A stretch of 64,000 nucleotides of DNA, from the IMG/VR virus record IMGVR_UViG_3300045988_105168, positions 1-64,000 of that record. The stretch is one strand, 5' to 3'. Positions 31,694 through 39,729 of this stretch are shown one piece after another; position 1 is the stretch's first letter, and each line of letters opens with the position of its first letter. A model generated the notes under the pieces. It was not told the DNA's origin. It searched no databases and worked only from the letters and a program-made list of their open reading frames with translations. Source of the stretch: a virus. Both the position numbers and the translations under genes were made by a program.

Positions 31694-32577
31694 TATTTAC
31701 TTCCTCCTCTACTTACTTTTAATGAGTTTAGAGCCTCTAAAGATTTCTTTAATAAGGCTTCGTTTGTACAATTCTTAGGATTTACCTCTCCTAAAATATC
31801 AATAGTAGCAGCCTTAACTTCTGGGTCTTTACTTCCACCAAGTTCTGTTGCTAATTTAATAATGTCGTTTTGTGCTCCGCCAATATTAAACGCATAATCA
31901 TCACCTGCATTAGCCCAATCGTATAAAGCTTCTCCATCTTTTTCAGTTAATACTTCATAACGTCCTTCAAAAATATGAGTATTATCTTTTGTTGCCTCAG
32001 CAATATGTGTATCTTGCATAATATTGAATGTTGCTGTGTAATTGTATTCAACACCATCACGTTGTTTAAATCCTAAACCAACCTTCTTAGGTGTTTGTTT
32101 ACCATTCTTTTCTTCTAACACATATTCATCTTTTCCTCTAACTGTTGCAATAATATGGATTGGCGCTTGTAAAATCTTTTCCATAAATGCATCGTGACGA
32201 GGAGTCACTTTTGACCAGTTAGTCCAACTGTTTCCTGGCATCTTATCGTGAATATCTACACAATAATTCCATTCGTGTGAAATACTATCAATAATTAATA
32301 CCTTGAACCCTGAGTCTACTGCTTCATTGATTGCTTCAATGTACTTTTCTGGAGTGAATGGTTCTGTTAGTTGCATATCACAAAAATCAAATTCGTTAGC
32401 ATAATAACGAATACGACCAGCTTCAGTGTCTATTGCAGCAATTCCGCTTCCTCCACTTTTTCTTGCTAGACCCGTCGCTAAACGTAATGCGCTGTAGGTT
32501 TTACCACTTCCACTTGAACCTCCTAACAATATCTTCGTCCAGATTTTTTCTTTTTTGGCTTTTTGAAATCCTGCCAT
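31693..32577 (-). CDS. AAA/RecA-like ATPase (Sak4-type?)
   Basis: Walker A GGSSGSGKT, Walker B VLIIDSI. Confidence 0.65.
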   Translation of the reverse strand: MAGFQKAKKEKIWTKILLGGSSGSGKTYSALRLATGLARKSGGSGIAAIDTEAGRIRYYANEFDFCDMQLTEPFTPEKYIEAINEAVDSGFKVLIIDSISHEWNYCVDIHDKMPGNSWTNWSKVTPRHDAFMEKILQAPIHIIATVRGKDEYVLEEKNGKQTPKKVGLGFKQRDGVEYNYTATFNIMQDTHIAEATKDNTHIFEGRYEVLTEKDGEALYDWANAGDDYAFNIGGAQNDIIKLATELGGSKDPEVKAATIDILGEVNPKNCTNEALLKKSLEALNSLKVSRGGSK

Positions 32578-32649
32578 ACTTTCCCTCCTTCTGTTCTATA
32601 GAATTGGCCTCTCATCTTCTACCCTGTGCTCAATTCTAAATAAATTATA

Positions 32650-33708
32650 CTATATTTTATCATAAATGTCAATAATTTTTTTTAAAATCTTGACAAACCT
32701 TTTTATTTCGTGTAATGTATTCTGTTTACCTAAAGAAACACGTATTGTCTTCCTTGCATCTTCTTCGCTATATCCATAAGCCAATAGTATTTTAGACGGC
32801 TCATCACTTGATGCATTACACGCACTACCTGCTGATACGGCAATACCCTCTTTATCTAATATGCCAACAGCAGTTTGAGCGTCTAGCTCATTAAAAGTTA
32901 TATTCATAATGTTGTTATGATATGACATTTTTACGCCACTAAAATATAATTTAGAATAAATATAATTCATTAGTTTGCTATATTTCTCTTCTATCTCATA
33001 TCTGTTCTTATAAGCAAGTTCTAACGCTTTAGCCATTCCAACTATACCAGCAACATTTTCTGTTCCACCACGCAATTCGTGTTCTTGATGTCCATATATT
33101 AATGGTTTAAAGTTTTCTTGAAGGTCTCTACGAATAAACAATACACCTACACCTTTTGGAGCGCCAAATTTATGGCCACTAAAAGAAGCTGTCGCATACT
33201 TATATACTGGCTCATCTAAAGGTCTCATTACATAACTATCAGGGAACAAAGGTATCGCCGTTCTTTGTTCGTGTAGATTAATATATTCTTTACCAGCTGC
33301 CTGTGTTAAATCAACGTGACAACAATCAAAGCAGTCGTGATATATGTAATGTTTACCACCGACCTCACTATCAACCAATGGATAAGACATAATTTGAGCT
33401 TTACGAACATTGTTATTAGCCATTATCATTGAGTCGTGAGAGAATGGCGAACATTCACATTTAAAGTTTTTAGAAACCCACGAATTTGACTCGCTAGCAC
33501 CGCTTGTAAAGAATATTTCATCTTCGTAACACCCTAATAATTCAGCAATCTTTTCCCTCGCTTTATCAATAGCTAAACGGGCTTTTCTGCCCTCTTGATG
33601 AATACTGCTAGGATTTCCATATTCTGTCGTTAAATAAGGCATCATCGCTTTTAAAACACGCTTATCAATAGGTGTCGTAGCGGCGTTATCCAAATAAATT
33701 CTCTTCAC
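32650..33708 (-). CDS. class V aminotransferase / cysteine desulfurase (NifS/IscS-like)
   Basis: [32 protein letters not shown] (PLP lysine), SAGSAC active-site Cys loop; GTG start. Confidence 0.8.
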   Translation of the reverse strand: MKRIYLDNAATTPIDKRVLKAMMPYLTTEYGNPSSIHQEGRKARLAIDKAREKIAELLGCYEDEIFFTSGASESNSWVSKNFKCECSPFSHDSMIMANNNVRKAQIMSYPLVDSEVGGKHYIYHDCFDCCHVDLTQAAGKEYINLHEQRTAIPLFPDSYVMRPLDEPVYKYATASFSGHKFGAPKGVGVLFIRRDLQENFKPLIYGHQEHELRGGTENVAGIVGMAKALELAYKNRYEIEEKYSKLMNYIYSKLYFSGVKMSYHNNIMNITFNELDAQTAVGILDKEGIAVSAGSACNASSDEPSKILLAYGYSEEDARKTIRVSLGKQNTLHEIKRFVKILKKIIDIYDKI

Positions 33709-33739
33709 TCTATCACCTACCTCTCTCTATGTTAATTAA

Positions 33740-33768
33740 ATACTAACATATAATAGTGACTTTGTCAA
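33740..33768 (-). promoter_or_regulatory. promoter TTGACA-17-TAGTAT for the replication operon
   Basis: Minus-strand TTGACA (33768-33763) and TAGTAT (33745-33740), immediately after the lysis-module terminator. Confidence 0.5.
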
Positions 33769-33773
33769 GATAG

Positions 33774-33803
33774 AAAAAAATGGGCTACATCGCTGTAGCC
33801 CAT
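33774..33803 (-). terminator. intrinsic terminator ending the late (structural/lysis) operon
   Basis: Minus strand ATGGGCTACA-GCGA-TGTAGCCCAT followed by T7. Confidence 0.75.
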
Positions 33804-33809
33804 TATTCA

Positions 33810-34895
33810 TTATCTGATTGTTAAAACTTGTCCTGGTTTAATTAAATTAGGGTTATTACCAATTACAAATTTATTCTTAGCATATAATTCTTGCCAAGAC
33901 ATACCATATTTAGCAGCAATTCCTGATAAAGTATCACCAGATTTTACTGTATATGTAACTGTTTCTCCTGCTAATCTAATAGAGCTTTCATTCATCCATC
34001 CTAAATCACCAGTTGTGTTATAAGGATGAGGTGCACCAGCTGCATATCTTGTAATATAAGTAGTTTTATTACTTACATTTCCAGATGCATTGGCAGCAGT
34101 TGAACTCTTATATAATGCTCCATTAATAATAACCTTTGTTCCAATAGCAAATTTTTGAGTTGGTGTTGGTTTTGGTTCTTCATATTTAGTGATAGAAGCT
34201 TCGTCCATCCAACCTAAATCTCCAGTAGTATTATATGGATGTGCAGCCCCAGATACCTTACGAGTAATGTTTGTAATCTTGTTACTTACACTACCTGCTG
34301 GAGATGATGCATTTGAGCTCTTATATAAAGCTCCGTTAATTACAACTTTATCTCCAATATTAAATTTACCACTTGGACTTGGTGTTGGCGCTGGAGTTGG
34401 TTCATCAGGTACTGCTGGATTATAAATAAATCCTCTAAATGTGTATCCTGAACCTAATCCCCATCTTCCATTAGAATTATATCTGTGAGAGTTCCAGAAA
34501 GCACTTCCACCATATCCAGACTCAGAAGTGTATACGTGGTTGTTATCATATACTGCTTCAACAACAGCTACGTGTCCAGCACCATCGTTACCGCTTAATG
34601 TAGCACCTTTTTGCCAACACATAATAGCTCCAACTTTAGGTGTTTGACCAATTTTTAAACCAGCCTCTTTTGCTCTTTCAATAAAGTTTTCAGCGTTACA
34701 GCATAAAGTTTTATACTTCATAGACCCAATTATTTCATTAAATCTACCACAAGCATATCCTACACAGTTTGCTAGAACATTACATCCTGGGTCAGTTGGA
34801 TTACCATTGATACACCAAGAATATCCGCCATTATTGCCATTGTTATAAAACTTATTACCAGCACTAGGTTTACTTGTTCTCATTGTGAAAGCCAT
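33810..34895 (-). CDS. endolysin: CHAP-like amidase/peptidase, two SH3b-like repeats, LysM
   Basis: CVGYACGRF...GHVAVVE. Two repeats KF.IG.KV.INGALYKSS...HPYNTTGDLGWM. C-terminal [17 protein letters not shown]...PGQVLTI. ATG 34895 sits behind GGAGG. Confidence 0.8.
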   Translation of the reverse strand: MAFTMRTSKPSAGNKFYNNGNNGGYSWCINGNPTDPGCNVLANCVGYACGRFNEIIGSMKYKTLCCNAENFIERAKEAGLKIGQTPKVGAIMCWQKGATLSGNDGAGHVAVVEAVYDNNHVYTSESGYGGSAFWNSHRYNSNGRWGLGSGYTFRGFIYNPAVPDEPTPAPTPSPSGKFNIGDKVVINGALYKSSNASSPAGSVSNKITNITRKVSGAAHPYNTTGDLGWMDEASITKYEEPKPTPTQKFAIGTKVIINGALYKSSTAANASGNVSNKTTYITRYAAGAPHPYNTTGDLGWMNESSIRLAGETVTYTVKSGDTLSGIAAKYGMSWQELYAKNKFVIGNNPNLIKPGQVLTIR

Positions 34896-34896
34896 A

Positions 34897-35040
34897 TTAT
34901 TCAACCTCCTCTACGTTTTCAATTATTGTGTCTTCTGTACAAAGTACATCAAACCCATCCTCGTTGAAAGTTGTTTGGATTTCTAAATCCTCAGGCATTT
35001 CAACTACTTCTTCAATAATTTCTTCTTTTTTCTTTGCCAT
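34897..35040 (-). CDS. small acidic protein (47 aa, below the track cutoff)
   Basis: AGGAGGAATGAAAA SD region plus ATG. MAKKKEEIIEEVVEMPEDLEIQ... Confidence 0.35.
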   Translation of the reverse strand: MAKKKEEIIEEVVEMPEDLEIQTTFNEDGFDVLCTEDTIIENVEEVE

Positions 35041-35053
35041 TTTTCATTCCTCC

Positions 35054-35398
35054 TTATTTTTCATTATTTGAGTTTACAGGTACATTTACCGTTAATAAGT
35101 CTTTAATCTTCATTAAGACTTTACCTGCATAAACTAAGTTCGCAGCTTTAATTAATAATGTTGCTCCTGTTAATGTAGTAACCATTTCACCATTAATTTC
35201 AGCCACTTCCATTGGGTAAATATAAGTTGACGCAAAAGCTAAAGCTAACCCAATTAAAAAGAAGGCAGCTTTGCTAATGCCTCCAACTAATTTTTCTTTG
35301 TTGTATTCTTGTTTAAAATCGGCTAACTTTTTACCCATAATAATGTTAGCCACCATTAAACATATTAAAGATAATACAACTGCAATATACTCTGGCAT
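35054..35398 (-). CDS. holin
   Basis: 114 aa with about 3 hydrophobic helices, directly upstream of the endolysin. Confidence 0.65.
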   Translation of the reverse strand: MPEYIAVVLSLICLMVANIIMGKKLADFKQEYNKEKLVGGISKAAFFLIGLALAFASTYIYPMEVAEINGEMVTTLTGATLLIKAANLVYAGKVLMKIKDLLTVNVPVNSNNEK

Positions 35399-35410
35399 TT
35401 AAATTCCTCC

Positions 35411-36490
35411 TTAAATAACCTTAAATTTTTCCTTTTTTACTTCTACGAACGAACCACCATTTTGGCTTGTGTACATTTTGTATCTAGTAAATCCACCACC
35501 ATTTTGAGATACGTAGATATATTTGTCAGATACAACCGTAACTGAATTGCTTCCATTTACCGCAGTTGTTCCACTACCGCTCCAATGTTTATTACCAGCC
35601 CAATCATAACAATATGCAAATATACTTGTCGTAGCAACATCCCCAGGTACAAAACCTAAAGCTTCAAATGTTCCAAAGGTATAGGTAACCGCTGTACTAT
35701 CGGTGTCTATACATTGTATTTCAGTACCATTTTTATACAAACGAATTCTATATCCGCCTATTGCTGTAGAGCCAGCTGATGCCGCCGTCCAAGTTGCTTT
35801 AATATTTGCCTTTGGTATTGGTTCACTTTGGTCATAGGTTAATACTGGTGCACCTGGGTTACCTGGAGCGTAGAAGGCCGTCGTAAAACTTGTAACGGCT
35901 GTATACGCCCTACCAGCACTATTAGCCGCGTTTCCTCGTAAATAATATGTTCTATTCGGTGTTAACCCAGTAATAGTACCTGCTTTACTACTAATACCCG
36001 CTACTACAGTACCAAAGTTTGTTAATGATGCATCGATATAACCATCGGATGGAGCTTCACCATTATTGTTAGACACACTAAACGAAGCGTAAACCGACGT
36101 ATCTTTAACACTACTATAACTAATTGCACTCAGTGTTGGTTTAAAAATATACGCAGACATTGTAAAATTACCACCGTGGTTATCTGTACGATTATAAAAT
36201 ACATATCCTGTAAAATATACAGTTATGGTTTTTGAACTTGCTCCGTTACCTATCCATACACTACCACTTGTACTACCAACTTTTGCTGGGAATGCATAAG
36301 TATTCCAAGCAACCGTACCTGGATTGTATACTGTCGTACCGTTAATCTTAACATTTACATTATAAATAGTATAGTAATTGCTACTACTATTACCAGTAGA
36401 ATATAATGCCCATTTCGCATACCCACCATCTTGCCAAACATCTAGTTGTAAATATCTCCCATCATAAGTATTACTATAAAAAGTAGCCAT
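35411..36490 (-). CDS. tail fibre / FN3-like repeat protein
   Basis: Ser/Thr/Gly/Asn-rich beta-type sequence with FN3-like GLTPNRTYYLRG; lies in the fibre cluster. Confidence 0.45.
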   Translation of the reverse strand: MATFYSNTYDGRYLQLDVWQDGGYAKWALYSTGNSSSNYYTIYNVNVKINGTTVYNPGTVAWNTYAFPAKVGSTSGSVWIGNGASSKTITVYFTGYVFYNRTDNHGGNFTMSAYIFKPTLSAISYSSVKDTSVYASFSVSNNNGEAPSDGYIDASLTNFGTVVAGISSKAGTITGLTPNRTYYLRGNAANSAGRAYTAVTSFTTAFYAPGNPGAPVLTYDQSEPIPKANIKATWTAASAGSTAIGGYRIRLYKNGTEIQCIDTDSTAVTYTFGTFEALGFVPGDVATTSIFAYCYDWAGNKHWSGSGTTAVNGSNSVTVVSDKYIYVSQNGGGFTRYKMYTSQNGGSFVEVKKEKFKVI

Positions 36491-36501
36491 CTACTCACCT
36501 C

Positions 36502-36900
36502 CTAACTTGCAGTATTTATCCATATAATTGTCTTTCCGCTTTGTGCTGATGGTTGTGTTGAACTAACTTTGATAATTGTATTCCCATCGCTCATTACACC
36601 ATAAGCATTTACGGCTTCTTTTACTCTTGCTGGCGTCATTACTTTATTTGTGATTGCACCAGCAGTTGCTTCGGCAGTTGTTGCAGCTGCTAATGATAAT
36701 GTTCCATCACTAAGATTTAAACCGTTACCAGTAGTAACTTTGATATGACCAAAAGCCGATGTTGTTGCTACACCAAAATCAGTTGTTGTTGACGCGTGAT
36801 TTTTTGTAGCCTTATTTGTATAAAGGTCTGTGAAATTTTCATTTAAAATATTTCTAAACACAGCACCTGATATACCATTATTTAAGGTTTGTTGTGCCAT
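36502..36900 (-). CDS. tail fibre protein (N-terminal adaptor-like)
   Basis: MAQQTLNNGISGAVFRNILNENFTDLY is a typical fibre N-terminus. Confidence 0.45.
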   Translation of the reverse strand: MAQQTLNNGISGAVFRNILNENFTDLYTNKATKNHASTTTDFGVATTSAFGHIKVTTGNGLNLSDGTLSLAAATTAEATAGAITNKVMTPARVKEAVNAYGVMSDGNTIIKVSSTQPSAQSGKTIIWINTAS

Positions 36901-36926
36901 ATAATCTCCTCCTTTTTAATTTAACT

Positions 36927-37445
36927 TTATGCGGTTCTTTTCCAAACAAATACATCAACTGTTGCTATATTATGCGAATGTGCGCCTCCGCCACCCGTAT
37001 TTTGATTGGTGGCTGTAGCCGCTCTTGTAGATACGTTATCATAAGGCGCACCAGTACTTGACCTTGACCAACCTAATTCAATACATCCAGTACTCCCATA
37101 AGTGGTTGAAACAACTATTGTATCCCCTGAACTACCGCTGTCATTATGCCTTAAACCGTGATGCTTGTGTGAATTTTGGGTATGGGTATGACTTGGCATT
37201 TGAGATACTGTTAATGTGTGTCCTTGAGTTCCCCATCCAACATAGTCTGTTTTACCAATACTAGATTGAGCCGCATATAAATATCCACCATATAATTGCT
37301 CCCAAGTACCACCAAAGTAGGTTGATGGATTTGTTTTATTAATTGACAAATAAATTGAACCAACTGGATATAAATCTTTTATATCAAGTGGTGTTATTGA
37401 TACATTTTTATTATTGTTATATATTCTTCCATATGGTTTTGCCAT
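36927..37445 (-). CDS. phage tail-collar-domain fibre protein A4
   Basis: GSIYLS...YFGGTW, QMPSHTH, GGGGAHSHN...VFVWKRTA. Confidence 0.65.
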   Translation of the reverse strand: MAKPYGRIYNNNKNVSITPLDIKDLYPVGSIYLSINKTNPSTYFGGTWEQLYGGYLYAAQSSIGKTDYVGWGTQGHTLTVSQMPSHTHTQNSHKHHGLRHNDSGSSGDTIVVSTTYGSTGCIELGWSRSSTGAPYDNVSTRAATATNQNTGGGGAHSHNIATVDVFVWKRTA

Positions 37446-37466
37446 AAATTTCGGTTTATCGTGATA

Positions 37467-38016
37467 TTAAGCCGTACGTCTCCATACATAATTACTTGTG
37501 TTATAGACATCTATTTTAAAAGCCTTTAAACCAATACTATCTAATGTTCGCCCTGTTGCACTCCAAGATTGTAAATACACTGTAACTGGAGTAGATGTTA
37601 CAATTACATCAACGACCTGTCCACTATATTTGTTACCATCACTACAATGAACTGATTGTCTAGTATAAGCACCTCGTGAAGAAAGTTGTAATGTAAAACC
37701 TGTGCCACTACCATAACCAGAAGCAGAACCAATAAGTAACCATCTACCTTGTGGTAATGTAATAGACGCATTACTTATCCAAGTCGCTCTTGCTTCATCA
37801 GTTAACACCAACCCATTTACTTCCAATGTCTCATCTATTTGAGACCATTCTCCTCCAAATAAAGTTCTAGGGTTGACATTATTAGTACTGATATATATAG
37901 AGCCTGTAGGCTGTATACTATCACTTAATAACCTGCCCCCCCCCCTCACAATAGATACTCTTGTCAGAGATTAGGACAGGCAAATCTTTTACTTTTACTT
38001 TTCCATAATTCGCCAT
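37467..38016 (-). CDS. collar-related fibre paralog A3, interrupted by a frameshift at poly-G (in-frame at G9)
   Basis: A 31-codon N-terminal ORF (ATG 38016, MANYGKVKVKDLPVLISDKSIYCEGGG...) and the body ORF 37467..37949 are 1 nt out of frame across the G10 tract. Confidence 0.6.
37936..37945 (-). repeat. homopolymer tract G10
   Basis: Counted directly; minus-strand context TGTGAGGGGGGGGGGCAGG. Confidence 0.9.
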
Positions 38017-38046
38017 AAAAATTTTATAGTTAATTAATCTTTACTT

Positions 38047-38625
38047 TTAAGCTGTACGTTTCCAAATGTAAACTACTAAGTACGGCATTAAATTGTTATG
38101 ATTACCACCACCACCAGTACTATTTGTAGTTCCATCGTGTTGGTGGGCTGATTTATTATTACCCGCATATGTCAACCACTCATTTAATCTATAATTTGTA
38201 GACCACCCCATACCACTATTGCCTATGAAGTCATTATTACTAGCGGCGCCTGCGCCAGCAGAATAATAAGCTATTTCGTGTCTGTGATGGCCACCAACAT
38301 TTGTAAGAAAATAATGTGTATGACTGGGCATTTCTGAAGTTGTTATTTTATGTGTAACCTCACCACCCATATTACCAGCATAAGCTACAAAGCTCCCTGC
38401 GTTAACAGTACCACACCAGTTGTCATTATTTGCCACAATAGTTCCTTCACCAACCAAAGTACGACCCTGAGCTATTTTTATCCAAGTACCACCAAAGTAA
38501 GTTGATGGATTTGTAGAATTAACACTAATATATACAGACCCGATAGGCCATACATCATAAGTATCAATCCCCATTATAGAAACGTTCTTTCCTTTTTGAT
38601 AAAGTCGACCATAAGGTTTTGCCAT
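38047..38625 (-). CDS. phage tail-collar-domain fibre protein A2
   Basis: GSVYIS...YFGGTW, EMPSHTH, GGGGNHNNLMPYLVVYIWKRTA. Confidence 0.65.
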   Translation of the reverse strand: MAKPYGRLYQKGKNVSIMGIDTYDVWPIGSVYISVNSTNPSTYFGGTWIKIAQGRTLVGEGTIVANNDNWCGTVNAGSFVAYAGNMGGEVTHKITTSEMPSHTHYFLTNVGGHHRHEIAYYSAGAGAASNNDFIGNSGMGWSTNYRLNEWLTYAGNNKSAHQHDGTTNSTGGGGNHNNLMPYLVVYIWKRTA

Positions 38626-38654
38626 AATACTCGACGCTTCGGTTTATTATTTAT

Positions 38655-39217
38655 TTAAGCTGTTCTTTGCCATATATAAACCGCCATATAAGGCATTACG
38701 TTATTATGCCATCCTCCGCCACCTGTGTTTTGCATTGCAATACTGTTACTCCATCCTTTTGTATCCATACTGTAAAGGTAATCCCAGTTATTATAGCTTA
38801 ATGTAGCTAACGCATCTGAATTGTTGTTATAAGGATTATAACCATTACTATTCTTATTTAATGCTGTAACTTTATGGCAATGAGCTGGCATCTCACTTGT
38901 TGTTAGGTAATGATTATATTGGCCGCCCATTTCACCAGCCCAGAAACTATAATTATTATTATTAAGTGTTCCACACCAATTAGTGTTATTATCTGAAGGG
39001 TCTCCAACACCAACTAAGCATCTACCTTGACAAATCTGTGTCCAAGTGCCCCCAAATAAATCTTTAGGGTTTGTGGCGCTCATTGTTAAATAAATACTAC
39101 CGACAGGATAAACTAAATCAAACAGTTTATCGAGCGTCTTGCCCCCCCCTCATACAGTATTGAACTTGCATTTATAAGGACGGGACTATTTTTTACATAT
39201 GTTTTTCCTTTATTCAT
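38655..39217 (-). CDS. tail-collar-domain fibre protein A1, interrupted by a frameshift at poly-G (in-frame at G9)
   Basis: The N-terminal ORF from ATG 39217 (MNKGKTYVKNSPVLINASSILYEGG...) and the body frame (KTLDKLFDLVYPVGSIYLTMSATNP..., EMPAHCH, GGGGWHNNVMPYMAVYIWQRTA) differ by 1 nt across the G8 tract. Confidence 0.6.
39142..39149 (-). repeat. homopolymer tract G8
   Basis: Counted directly; minus-strand context TATGAGGGGGGGGCAAG. Confidence 0.9.
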
Positions 39218-39244
39218 AAGTTAAATCGTAAAGATTGTCATACC

Positions 39245-39276
39245 AAAAAGAGGTATACTAACTATAATATACCTCC
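39245..39276 (-). terminator. intrinsic terminator between the poly-G leader and fibre cassette A1
   Basis: Minus strand GAGGTATA-TTATAGTTAG-TATACCTC followed by TTTTT. The 5' arm overlaps an AGGAGG. Confidence 0.55.
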
Positions 39277-39307
39277 TTTCTCTCGAAAGTTAGAAGGCAC
39301 GACAATC

Positions 39308-39349
39308 TTAGCGATGTGTCGCCCCCCCCCTAATCATATAATTTCTCAT
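39308..39349 (-). promoter_or_regulatory. SD-driven leader mini-ORF containing poly-G (MRNYMIRGGATHR)
   Basis: AAAGGAG-9 nt-ATG with a G9 tract inside. At G8 or G10 the frame reads on into the terminator hairpin. Confidence 0.4.
39322..39330 (-). repeat. homopolymer tract G9
   Basis: Counted directly; minus-strand context ATTAGGGGGGGGGCGAC. Confidence 0.9.
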
Positions 39350-39371
39350 TAAAAATCACTCCTTTTATTCA

Positions 39372-39728
39372 TTAATATTCACCTGTTTTAACGAAGATTA
39401 GAGCGTTATCTTCTAAATACTTTACACGGTCTGCGATTGAGGTTCCTTTACCGTGTTTTAATGCAACCCAAGAATTTGATAAACGTCCATTTTTAGTACA
39501 TAATTCTACTGAGTCACCAACTGACAAACTTTCAGTACTTTTATTTAAGACATTATTTACTCTTCTTGCATTATCGGGTGGAATTGTAACGTTAACTGTA
39601 CCATCAGAATTAATCTGTGTTACAACCGCTGCAACAAAGGAAGTTATACCATAACTCGCTAAACGAGCATCTACAATGTCCTCAATTACTTTTTTAAATT
39701 CCTCTAATTGTCTTGCATCAAAATTCAC
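39372..39728 (-). CDS. small conserved fibre-cluster protein (paralog of 26486..26836)
   Basis: VIEDIVDARL...LSVGDSVELCTKNGRLSNSWVALKHG; GTG start. Confidence 0.5.
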   Translation of the reverse strand: MNFDARQLEEFKKVIEDIVDARLASYGITSFVAAVVTQINSDGTVNVTIPPDNARRVNNVLNKSTESLSVGDSVELCTKNGRLSNSWVALKHGKGTSIADRVKYLEDNALIFVKTGEY

Positions 39729-39729
39729 G

